From Patescibacteria group bacterium (lineage in GTDB: Bacteria > Patescibacteriota > Microgenomatia > Daviesbacterales > UBA10151): a stretch of 49,731 nt of DNA. Below the pieces are notes generated by a model that did no database searches, was not told the origin of the DNA, and saw nothing but the letters and a program-made list of their open reading frames with translations. The stretch lies in NCBI GenBank assembly GCA_018817205.1, contig JAHIUE010000080.1, positions 1 through 49,731 of the forward strand. Reading direction: 5' to 3'. The position numbers were made by a program, and so were the translations under genes. This document shows, piece by piece, positions 35,494 through 43,636 of the stretch (positions are counted from its first letter, which is position 1; each line of letters opens with the position of its first letter).

Positions 35494-36677
35494 TTTTTAC
35501 CTAAATCCTCATAAATTGCACTTAATTTTTTGGCAATCGGATCCCAGTCGTATTTTTCTCTTACCATTTTCTTGGCATTTTCCGCAATGCGTTGATATTT
35601 TTTTTGATCGGTAAGTAAATCAATCGCTGCTTGGGCAATGTCTGCCGGATCATCCTGTATGATAACCTCTACTCCATCCTGGGCCTCTGTTCCTCTAATA
35701 CCTATGGATGTAGTTACTACCGGAAGTCCGGAAGCAAATGCTTCAAAGTTTTTATACCTGGTTCCTCCTCCCCCATAAATCGGAGCAACTAAAAGTGAAG
35801 CTTTTTGGTAAACCTCTCTTACGTCATCCACTTCTAAAATCCGTATATCGGAAGAAGTGAAATTCGAAAAAAAAGATTTAGCTTCTTTGCCAACTATCCA
35901 AAGTTTAGCTTCCGACAGTCCCATCTTGATTTTCGGCCAGACTTTTTTTATTAACACGTCTACCGCTTCCCTATTCTGCAGCCAAGTGAAATTTCCTAAA
36001 TAAAGTATGATGGGATTAACAGACCTAGACGCAATAGAACGACCGAAAAATTTACTATCCACCCCATTAGGTACAATATCAACGTCAAGTTCGTTTGTCT
36101 CACTCAGCATTGTCTTTTTATCCTCCTCCGACATTGCCACCACTCTTTTTGCTATCTTCCAATATTTCAGCTCCCAATACTTCATTTTCACCACATCAAT
36201 ATACAAGAACGGTTTGATCAAAGGTAAATTAAATCCATCTACAAAGTGTTTGTAAACTAAATATTCTATGGTCTGCTCCACCAAAAGAATCGGGATGGAA
36301 GTTTTGGGAATATGAGGCATTACATAAAAAGTCTCGGCATGGATTAAATCAAATTTTTCCTCTCTTAATTTATCTGCAATTGCATCCTTCTCGCCTTTAG
36401 CCCAATTTCTTATGACCAAAAACGGATAAAAACTGAACCCTGTCCGGAGTATATTGCCGGCAGTCCAGGGTTTTTCAGACCTTGGGAAAACCTGTACTTC
36501 TTTGCAATATTTTTGAAGTTCACCGACATATTTCCTTTCAGTATTACTCTTGACTAAACAGAACAGGGTGATTTCATGCCCCAAAGACGCAAGTCTTTTT
36601 ATTAAGTTGTATGAACGGGTTTGACCTCCTGTGAGAAGAGGGTAAGGGAGGTATGGTGTCAACATTAAAAGTTTCAT
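35490..36677 (-). CDS. glycosyltransferase family 4 (GT-B)
   Basis: N-terminal GT4 donor-less domain (GGQTRSYNL) and C-terminal GGGTRYKNFEAFASGLPVVTT. Confidence 0.8.
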   Translation of the reverse strand: MKLLMLTPYLPYPLLTGGQTRSYNLIKRLASLGHEITLFCLVKSNTERKYVGELQKYCKEVQVFPRSEKPWTAGNILRTGFSFYPFLVIRNWAKGEKDAIADKLREEKFDLIHAETFYVMPHIPKTSIPILLVEQTIEYLVYKHFVDGFNLPLIKPFLYIDVVKMKYWELKYWKIAKRVVAMSEEDKKTMLSETNELDVDIVPNGVDSKFFGRSIASRSVNPIILYLGNFTWLQNREAVDVLIKKVWPKIKMGLSEAKLWIVGKEAKSFFSNFTSSDIRILEVDDVREVYQKASLLVAPIYGGGGTRYKNFEAFASGLPVVTTSIGIRGTEAQDGVEVIIQDDPADIAQAAIDLLTDQKKYQRIAENAKKMVREKYDWDPIAKKLSAIYEDLGKK

Positions 36678-38146
36678 AAGGGAATTTTTGGTTTCGTCAA
36701 ATCTGCAATCACAAAGTCTTCTGTATCTTCCAAAACTTCAAAATGTTCCATCACCCATTTAGTCCTATCATCTTTTACGGTAGATACATAACTTGTAACC
36801 CCATAATCAGTTACTAGTTCCACAAGTGGCAGCATTTCGGCAGCAAACCCAGGACGGTTTGTTTGATACAAAAAGGCAGTGTCGCCATTATACGGTGCTA
36901 AAACTACCGCCCGTTTTGGTAATATTTGGTCGGCCCTTTTGCCGGCTTCAACGATGGCGGGATTATTCACTTTATAAAATTCTTTGACAACTTTGTAGCC
37001 AAAATAGAAGGACAAGGGGAATAAAAGCAAAACCAGTAGTATGGTCCAAATTCTTGGTAAAAAGGCGGCGTTCCCCTTCAAGAGCCGGATAAAACCTAAA
37101 GAGAAAAAAATACTGGCTACCGGCACAAAAAGTATTTGGTAGTAATTATGCCTGACATTACCTGTTGCAAAAACTGCCATGAATAATAAAGAAGACAAAG
37201 CCCAAAAATGTAAGAAGTAATTCCCATTTTTTGGTCTACTGATAAATCCAACGAGGAACAGTACTAATCCTGTTGCGCCCAAAATTTCCCGTCCCATTCT
37301 TTCTGATATTATCCACCACCAAAATGCCGGCCTAAACCGAATCCCATCACCATTAAGTAACCAATTAGCTGCCGGAATCCCTTGGGGTTGTTGAAATATC
37401 CAAAGTCTCCATAAAGCAAACGGCAGTAAAGCAATTGCCGTCAAAAGTATAAACTTAATCCAGAATCTTTTCTCGCCTCGTTTGAAAACCGGATAAAGTA
37501 ACGGCAAAAAGAAAAAAATTGCCCATGGCTTGATTAAAAATGCTATAACGGAAAAAATAAATCCTAAAACCGCATGTAAGTTTCTATTACTTTCTATCCA
37601 TTTGTCCATAAAATAAATCATCCCTAAAGCAAAGAAAACAAAAGTCGCCTCAGGCAATGTGGTCCTTGAGAAAAAAACATTAAAAGGTAATAAGGCAAAA
37701 GTAAAGGCCGTTACAAATCCCGCAAAAATACCTGCATATTTTTTAGCTATAAAGAATATTAATGCTATTGAACCTAAAGAAAAAATTACGGAAACAAGAC
37801 GGTGATATACTTCGTTAATCCCAAAGAAAACATATAAAGGATAAACCGCGATATTATAAACTGGAAACTCAACAAACCGGAACCTGGCAGGATTTATAAT
37901 AGGATTTTCCGCCACTCCCGACATATCATCATATTTTGGGAAAAATGGGTTAAATCCCTCTTTGATAAAATTTCTTGTCACTGCCGCAGTATCAGCCTGC
38001 CGCCATGAATGCCAATCGGCAATGGGCGAGTCAATTCTGTAAAGTCTTACCAAAAGACCAAAGAAAATTATAATTAGTAGCCAAAAATATTGGTTTAAGA
38101 TCGTCAGATCGCAAGCTTTGCTTACAAATACTTTAAATATTTTCAT
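36674..38146 (-). CDS. GT-C fold membrane glycosyltransferase (ArnT/PMT, GT39/GT83-like)
   Basis: 490 aa polytopic; WHSWRQADTAAVTRNF first-loop motif typical of the PMT_2/ArnT-like family. Confidence 0.65.
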   Translation of the reverse strand: MKIFKVFVSKACDLTILNQYFWLLIIIFFGLLVRLYRIDSPIADWHSWRQADTAAVTRNFIKEGFNPFFPKYDDMSGVAENPIINPARFRFVEFPVYNIAVYPLYVFFGINEVYHRLVSVIFSLGSIALIFFIAKKYAGIFAGFVTAFTFALLPFNVFFSRTTLPEATFVFFALGMIYFMDKWIESNRNLHAVLGFIFSVIAFLIKPWAIFFFLPLLYPVFKRGEKRFWIKFILLTAIALLPFALWRLWIFQQPQGIPAANWLLNGDGIRFRPAFWWWIISERMGREILGATGLVLFLVGFISRPKNGNYFLHFWALSSLLFMAVFATGNVRHNYYQILFVPVASIFFSLGFIRLLKGNAAFLPRIWTILLVLLLFPLSFYFGYKVVKEFYKVNNPAIVEAGKRADQILPKRAVVLAPYNGDTAFLYQTNRPGFAAEMLPLVELVTDYGVTSYVSTVKDDRTKWVMEHFEVLEDTEDFVIADLTKPKIPL

Positions 38147-39564
38147 TCCTTAAACTTTAAAGCAGCCAAATTAAGTCCCAGTATCATCCAAAAAAGAGAT
38201 GCCACTTTGGAAGCCTCAAATACATCAATAAATAGACCGTTTACCAAAAATGCAAAAAGCATAGCTAAAACCCCTGCTGAAAAATATCTCACCAGCCTAC
38301 TGTCGTACCTGCTTGCATTAAATATCCTTTTCCCCACCTCAGTTAAAATTAAAAATAACGAGAGCGTTCCCAATATTCCCACTTCTCCTAAAGAACGCAA
38401 GAAATCGTTATCTGTTGCTATGTCTAAAGAAGCATAGCCTGTACCGAGAAGCGGATTTTTTACAAAAGCTCTGATGGCTCTTGGCCATTCAATGTTATAT
38501 CTGATTGCAAAAGATCTATAAACACCAAGTTGAGTGGTATCAATAGGCTCTCCCGGAGTAATATCCGTTGCTGTTTGCCCCGAGGGAGAAGCAAAAGAAG
38601 ATGAAGATGCAGACTCACTTGAGGTCTTAATTGCCAGTGTCGGAATATTTAATTTGCTCCTTACCTGCTGGTCTTGCGTTTGACTTACGTATCTTTGTCC
38701 TCCTGAAAAAAGGTTCACAGTCGCTGTTGAAATCAACCTATCACGAAGTTGCGAGGGGTAAATTAAAATTACAACGGCCGCGATAAAAATCAGTAAAATA
38801 AATTTTGTTTTCCTCGAAAAAAGAAGGGCTAAAACCACTCCGGCAAATGCGGCAACAAAAGATATTCTTGCGGCTGTCATAATTAAGACCAAAAGAGACA
38901 AACCCCCAAGAGCTAAAATTATCAATTTCATCTTTTTAGAAACAGCGAAAAAAAGAGCAGAAAGTACGGTCAATGCCATTACCAAATATACGGCCAAGTC
39001 ATAATGTCCGGCAAAAGTAGAATTTGCTCTGGCTCCCGGAGTCAATCTCAAAATTAGACCTTTTGAAAATTCGGAATTAGTCGTAGATATAACAGGTAAA
39101 TCTAGAAACTGTTGACCTAGGGCATACAAATTCACTGAGACTACTGTTAAAGCTAAAAAGACTAGGACCCAAACAAACTGTTTTTTGCTTTTTACCACAC
39201 TTGCTACAACCGGCAGTAATAAAATAAATTCAACCCTTCTTAAGAAGTGCAGGATGCTGATATGAGGAGTTACAGTATGAGTTAAAAAAACCGCAGAAAA
39301 TGTAGAAACAAACCCAATAAAGAAAAATAGCAGCAAGCTTAGGCTTAATTTATCTTTTAGAAAACTCCTAACTTGATTCGAAATTACCAAATAAATCACC
39401 CAAAGCCCCAAAGTTAGGCCAATAATCAAATCCTCAATTCTTATGGCGACAAAAGTGCCGGTAATGTTAATTAGCGGAAATTTTGGGTATAGAGGGATAA
39501 ACACGAAAAGAAACAAAACCAAATAGAATAATATTTTTTCTAAAGTTGAGATGAATTTTTTCAT
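38143..39564 (-). CDS. O-antigen ligase/polymerase-like (Wzy_C-type) membrane protein
   Basis: 473 aa with more than 10 hydrophobic helices and one large Ser/Thr-rich loop; glycan-locus context. Confidence 0.5.
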   Translation of the reverse strand: MKKFISTLEKILFYLVLFLFVFIPLYPKFPLINITGTFVAIRIEDLIIGLTLGLWVIYLVISNQVRSFLKDKLSLSLLLFFFIGFVSTFSAVFLTHTVTPHISILHFLRRVEFILLLPVVASVVKSKKQFVWVLVFLALTVVSVNLYALGQQFLDLPVISTTNSEFSKGLILRLTPGARANSTFAGHYDLAVYLVMALTVLSALFFAVSKKMKLIILALGGLSLLVLIMTAARISFVAAFAGVVLALLFSRKTKFILLIFIAAVVILIYPSQLRDRLISTATVNLFSGGQRYVSQTQDQQVRSKLNIPTLAIKTSSESASSSSFASPSGQTATDITPGEPIDTTQLGVYRSFAIRYNIEWPRAIRAFVKNPLLGTGYASLDIATDNDFLRSLGEVGILGTLSLFLILTEVGKRIFNASRYDSRLVRYFSAGVLAMLFAFLVNGLFIDVFEASKVASLFWMILGLNLAALKFKE

Positions 39565-39567
39565 ATT

Positions 39568-40110
39568 TCAAACAATAATTTTCTTTCCCAATTTGAAAAG
39601 CCAATAAATTGAAGTTACTACTCCTAACCAAACTAAAAATTTTGTAAACTTCGAGGACGGATAAAAACGTAGCGTCGTCTTTGTATAAAAGCTCCTGTTC
39701 TCAACTTCAAATTTGCTAGATCCCCAGAATTTTGGTTCGAAATTTTCGTAAAACGGTTCAAAGCCATTAACATAGAATGAATCTCTTAAGGGATAAACAA
39801 ATTCCTCGAAGTATGTAGAATCCGTATGTTTTTTTATGGCAGTCCAAGAATATTCGGGAGGGTGGTTTAGTCTAATCGGAGGAAAAGGCAGGAAAGTTTT
39901 TTGCCAATAATTTGATTTGTAAAATGAGGTAACAAATTGCCTGTAATTATCCGAAAAATAACCTGCGACATTGGGGATTTCAACCGTGTCACCCGAAAGC
40001 GTAGATTTTATAGAGGAGGGGAGTGGCTTAAAATCGGAAATTTTACCGGGTCCAGGCCAAAGCATGTAAATTAAAAGTAAAAGTGAAAAAATAATGAATA
40101 GTTTTTTCAT
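39568..40110 (-). CDS. hypothetical bitopic membrane protein
   Basis: 180 aa with N- and C-terminal hydrophobic helices; aromatic-rich middle; no family recognised. Confidence 0.5.
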   Translation of the reverse strand: MKKLFIIFSLLLLIYMLWPGPGKISDFKPLPSSIKSTLSGDTVEIPNVAGYFSDNYRQFVTSFYKSNYWQKTFLPFPPIRLNHPPEYSWTAIKKHTDSTYFEEFVYPLRDSFYVNGFEPFYENFEPKFWGSSKFEVENRSFYTKTTLRFYPSSKFTKFLVWLGVVTSIYWLFKLGKKIIV

Positions 40111-40115
40111 TAATG

Positions 40116-40757
40116 CTATTGGAACAGCCTTGCCCTGCCTAATTTATAATGAAGGTCCTTTATTTTCCTCTCCCCTATTGCTTCAGCAGGCACACCTCCA
40201 ACTATCGCATACTGGGAAACATCTTTTGTAACAACCGCCCCAGCGGCAATTATCGCTCCTTTCCCTATTTTTACCCCGGGCAGAATAATCGCCCTCGGAC
40301 CTATGAAAACATAATCCCCTACTTCAACAGAAGCGGATATTGCATGGAAATCTTCGGAATTTATATCGTGTTCACTGTTATAGATCATTACACCCGAAGC
40401 AATATCCACATGATTACCGATAATAAGTTTATCCCTGCCGTCCAAAAAAGCATTATCGCCAATAATTGTCCCCTCGCCAATGACAATATTGGGAAGGTAA
40501 TAAAAACGGGCTCCAACATGAATTCTTGATCCTTTTCCAATCCTTATTCCAGCCAGGCTGTACATAAATAAACGGAAGTAGTGACAAGGTATCAATCCTG
40601 CCCAAGTTAAAAGCATCAATTCAAAATCCAATATCCAGTTAAAGACCCTGTTTACGGCTTTTTTGGAAGCCTCTTGTGTACTTAATGGTTTTCCCATCCT
40701 GTCCTGAAATAGAGCCATATATAAGTTAATTATATGGGGAAAGACTAGTATAAGCAA
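40116..40757 (-). CDS. hexapeptide-repeat (LbH) O-acetyltransferase
   Basis: Repeated [LIV]G..xx hexapeptides (IGKGSRIHVGARF, IGEGTIIGDNAF, IGNHVDIASGVMI, IGKGAIIAAGAVV) and VGGVPA. Start may be ATG 40718. Confidence 0.85.
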   Translation of the reverse strand: MLILVFPHIINLYMALFQDRMGKPLSTQEASKKAVNRVFNWILDFELMLLTWAGLIPCHYFRLFMYSLAGIRIGKGSRIHVGARFYYLPNIVIGEGTIIGDNAFLDGRDKLIIGNHVDIASGVMIYNSEHDINSEDFHAISASVEVGDYVFIGPRAIILPGVKIGKGAIIAAGAVVTKDVSQYAIVGGVPAEAIGERKIKDLHYKLGRARLFQ

Positions 40758-40760
40758 ACC

Positions 40761-41456
40761 CTATGTGTAATATTTCCTAAGTAAGGCCATTGCCAAAATT
40801 TCAACACAGTTATAAATAGGCAAGGAATATCTCTTTGGAAAAACTAAAGGCAACTCTGTACACCCTAAAATAATTCCTTGCGCCCCTTCCTTTTTTAAAG
40901 AGTTTGCGACCCTTAAAAGCGTTTTTTCATCACTATATGTATTTTTTTCTTTTAAAACATTCTCAACAATATCCTTAAATAGTCTTTGTATATTTTCTGT
41001 CGGGATAAGAACATCTACACCTTTTTTCTTCAAAGCTTCCTGATATAATCCCTCTCTTATTGTAGCAGGAGAAGCCAATAACCCAATTCTATTTACATTA
41101 TCTTTACTTACTTGCAATGCAACTTCCTTAATCATAGAAAGAAATGGAGTTTTTGACACTTGTTGAAGATCATTAAGTAATAAGTGAGCTGTATTGCATA
41201 CAATACAAAAAGATAAAACATCACATTTATCTAATTGAATTACTCTTTGCTTAAGCATTTTCAATGCAATCTTCTTTTCGTAATCATTAGCAATAAAACC
41301 TGGTATAGGAATGGAGTCAAGAATAATTTCCGGAAAATCAGCATTGTTTTTTACACCAAAAAACTTCACTGACAATTCTATCAGTAACTTGCATAAATAT
41401 AATGACGCTTGAGGTCCTATTCCTCCTAAAATACCAATAGCTTTTTTACTTTTCAT
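40761..41456 (-). CDS. Asp/Glu/hydantoin-racemase family protein (aspartate-racemase-like)
   Basis: GILGGIGPQAS, and both catalytic Cys boxes CNTAH and LGCTELPL. The ATG overlaps the radical-SAM stop by 4 nt. Confidence 0.88.
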   Translation of the reverse strand: MKSKKAIGILGGIGPQASLYLCKLLIELSVKFFGVKNNADFPEIILDSIPIPGFIANDYEKKIALKMLKQRVIQLDKCDVLSFCIVCNTAHLLLNDLQQVSKTPFLSMIKEVALQVSKDNVNRIGLLASPATIREGLYQEALKKKGVDVLIPTENIQRLFKDIVENVLKEKNTYSDEKTLLRVANSLKKEGAQGIILGCTELPLVFPKRYSLPIYNCVEILAMALLRKYYT

Positions 41457-42688
41457 ACTTTAAAGATGGTTTTCTCCATTTCTCCAAGAGCCAACCCTGG
41501 CCTGGTATCAAGACCACACTTTATTACTCCTTCTTGTCTTAATAAATCCAAAGAGCAATCACCGCATAAATCCGGCATATCGTCTATTGTCTTTTTCTCT
41601 TCATTAAATATACAATTTAGTTGACAAAGGCGATAACAACCTGTTGTCACTAAACCTGTCCACCAGCAACCCGAACCTCGACATAGCTCCTTACAGCTTT
41701 GAATTCTAAAACCCTGTTCTAAAAATGCTTGCCTTATTGAGTTTTGCTCTATCTGTCCGAAAGTTCCTGATAAGACATTTCCAAATTTAGCATAGTTTGT
41801 ACTACCTCTGCCCATATTAGTACATGGCAAATAAAGCCCATCATTATTGATCTGACCTCCTTTTTTTATCATATCGCATGCTTCATCATAGGCCTGAGGC
41901 GAAACAGCATCATTGTAGGTTGGTAAGATTAATCCTATTTCTCTATCTATCTCTATAAATTCCTCCATTTGGACAACAATCCTTTTGGTTAGCAACGGAT
42001 AAGTAGTCAACCACTCAATCTGCCTATCGTAGCTTTCATTGGGTGGAGATACATATTCCATGATTGGTTTAGTACCCAAACTTTCTCTCGCCCACCTAAA
42101 TACTCTGCTCAAATTGCCGTTATTCATTACAGCATCAGTTAAACAGCATTGCATCATCAATCTATCTCCTCCTTTTTCTTTAAAGATCCTCTCTGCATTT
42201 CTCCATGCCGCATGACTATTTTGAAGAGTACCGAGTTTACCTACACTAACGTCCTGAATCTTTTCCGCTAAAGTATCATCATCTATAGTATGTCTATGCA
42301 TTAATAAACTTACGCCCGGGATAAGCACTTGACGCGCATAGGCTTCATCAGCAAACCTTAATCCATGGCTTATTAACAATACGAACTTAAACCCTAAATT
42401 AACTGCTTCCTGTAATAATTGAGGTAAATCGGGATTTTGTGTGGGTTCCGCACCCAAGAAGTATACTTCAGTAACTCCGGCTTCTCTTAATTTACGCATC
42501 GTTTTGGAAGCAATTTCCGGTAGTAAATAACCTGCTTTTCCAGCCCCGGGAGGTCGATAGCAATGAGGACACGCTAAATCACAAGCTTCTGACGCATCAA
42601 GACCAGCACCATTAATTTTAACTGGTCCGTCTTTTTGACCAGTAAATCCTCTAAATTCGTTTATTGATTCTAATTTGCCTATTGGCAT
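41453..42688 (-). CDS. radical SAM enzyme with Cys-rich SPASM/twitch-like C-terminal domain
   Basis: CDLACPHCY fits CxxxCxxC; GAEPTQNPDL fits the GGEP-like motif. The C-terminal cluster is CKELCRGSGCWWTGLVTTGCYRLCQLNC...CGDC. AGGAGAGGA RBS at 42691-42699. Confidence 0.85.
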   Translation of the reverse strand: MPIGKLESINEFRGFTGQKDGPVKINGAGLDASEACDLACPHCYRPPGAGKAGYLLPEIASKTMRKLREAGVTEVYFLGAEPTQNPDLPQLLQEAVNLGFKFVLLISHGLRFADEAYARQVLIPGVSLLMHRHTIDDDTLAEKIQDVSVGKLGTLQNSHAAWRNAERIFKEKGGDRLMMQCCLTDAVMNNGNLSRVFRWARESLGTKPIMEYVSPPNESYDRQIEWLTTYPLLTKRIVVQMEEFIEIDREIGLILPTYNDAVSPQAYDEACDMIKKGGQINNDGLYLPCTNMGRGSTNYAKFGNVLSGTFGQIEQNSIRQAFLEQGFRIQSCKELCRGSGCWWTGLVTTGCYRLCQLNCIFNEEKKTIDDMPDLCGDCSLDLLRQEGVIKCGLDTRPGLALGEMEKTIFKV

Positions 42689-42707
42689 ATTCCTCTCCTT
42701 TCCATTT

Positions 42708-42756
42708 AAAAAACCCTTGCAAATTTCCGATCAATACAATCAGAAACTCACAAGGG
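42708..42756 (-). terminator. intrinsic terminator of the T-box leader
   Basis: 18-bp hairpin (4 G-U pairs) pairing 42739-42756 with 42714-42731, 7-nt loop, followed by UUUUUU (42708-42713). Its 5' arm CCCUUG is shared with the antiterminator. Confidence 0.8.
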
Positions 42757-42901
42757 CCATTTAGGCGGTGCCACCTTGATTTTTACTTATTCATGCTCTT
42801 CTTTTTCTTCATAGAAAACAAAGAGTGCTGACTTTTACGGTTTCGCCTCCGTAGCATACTCTTGCTCTACTCCCCGGTTCCAACCTTCCGGATCAAAGCA
42901 T
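42708..42901 (-). promoter_or_regulatory. T-box riboswitch (tRNA-responsive leader)
   Basis: T-box core AAGGUGGCACCGCC (42764-42777). Canonical antiterminator: helix CAAGG/CCUUG, 7-nt bulge UGGCACC, helix GCC/GGC, loop UAAAU. A competing terminator is present. The Stem-I-like part has a K-turn-like base, an AGAGUA bulge and an AGGCGAAA distal loop. Confidence 0.75.
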
Positions 42902-42912
42902 TTATAGTTTTT

Positions 42913-43170
42913 CTAATTTACTACTTTAAATCTTCCTTTCTGCAGTTCTCTTGAACCGCGGGTTACTGTTGCAACCCCAACTCCTAAACTTTCTGCAATT
43001 CCCTGCTGGGGAATACCCTGTTTTAGCATTTTAACAATACGCAATCTCATTGGAATTTCCAGCCGTTCCTTTGGAGTTAAAATCCCCAAAAGAAAATCTT
43101 CCATCTTGTCTTCTCTTTTAATAGTTAATAATAAATTAATCAACTCTTGAAGTTGCTTATTTCTAACCAT
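42913..43170 (-). CDS. TrpR-family (TrpR / YerC-YecD-like) repressor
   Basis: 85 aa. LLGILTPKERLEIPMRLRIVKMLKQGIPQQGIAESLGVGVATVTRGSRELQ aligns with E. coli TrpR [53 protein letters not shown] (recalled sequence). Confidence 0.85.
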   Translation of the reverse strand: MVRNKQLQELINLLLTIKREDKMEDFLLGILTPKERLEIPMRLRIVKMLKQGIPQQGIAESLGVGVATVTRGSRELQKGRFKVVN

Positions 43171-43173
43171 TGC

Positions 43174-43207
43174 GTACTAGTATACTAGTACAAGAGTATT
43201 GTGTCAA
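43174..43207 (-). promoter_or_regulatory. promoter with an overlapping perfect 18-bp trp-operator-like palindrome
   Basis: Minus strand: TTGACA (43202-43207), 17-nt spacer, TATACT (43179-43184), then 8 nt to ATG 43170. The palindrome GTACTAGTATACTAGTAC (43174-43191) covers the -10. Confidence 0.75.
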
Positions 43208-43234
43208 GGGACGGCTTTTATATAATGGCAAGCT

Positions 43235-43636
43235 TTATAGTTGCAGGTCTGTGATGGCTCTTGCTAAATCTTCAATCGTACTCCACTTGAATGATTGGGA
43301 TGCTATCGCCGGCACATACGTTTTCGTAACGGTGTCTTTAGTTGCCGCAATAATTGGGACCCTTTTCGCCATGCAGTAACCTACCTCAATCAACATCCCT
43401 TCACTTTTGTTATCTGAAGTCTGAACCACAAAGAGAAAATCTGCATTGTCGATAATGCCAAAAGCGTGTTCCATGATTTGGCGGACACCAAGAGATTTAC
43501 CTTCTATGGCCTCATCAAAGAAAGTACTGTATGCCTCGATCCCTCGACCTTTGAACGCCTCCCTGATAGCAATCAGTACAGGTTCGACTGCCTGAGGATC
43601 CTCACCAGTCGAGCGGTAAGCAATAAAGGCTTTCAT
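43235..43636 (-). CDS. nucleoside 2-deoxyribosyltransferase-like / TIR-like flavodoxin-fold protein
   Basis: 133 aa. MKAFIAYRSTGED start, DNADFLFVV, and SEGMLIEVGYCMAKRVPIIA resemble the NDT family pattern (aD.vva.l....s.Gt..E.GyA.a.gkPv). About 50 % GC. Confidence 0.55.
   Translation of the reverse strand: MKAFIAYRSTGEDPQAVEPVLIAIREAFKGRGIEAYSTFFDEAIEGKSLGVRQIMEHAFGIIDNADFLFVVQTSDNKSEGMLIEVGYCMAKRVPIIAATKDTVTKTYVPAIASQSFKWSTIEDLARAITDLQL

Noticed and set aside
42783-42857. 24-codon ORF (MLRRRNRKSQHSLFSMKKKKSMNK) inside the leader upstream of the SPASM radical SAM gene, considered as a RiPP precursor or leader peptide
   Set aside because: It has no SD and lies entirely within the Stem-I-like structure of the T-box leader. 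Its composition is low-complexity Lys/Arg with no Cys, Ser or Thr core. The T-box fold explains the sequence better.
43170-43379. ORF 43170-43379 (+), 69 aa, spanning the trpR-like promoter and the NDT-like gene
   Set aside because: It is antisense to the NDT-like gene and begins inside the operator/promoter. It has no SD and no recognisable family.
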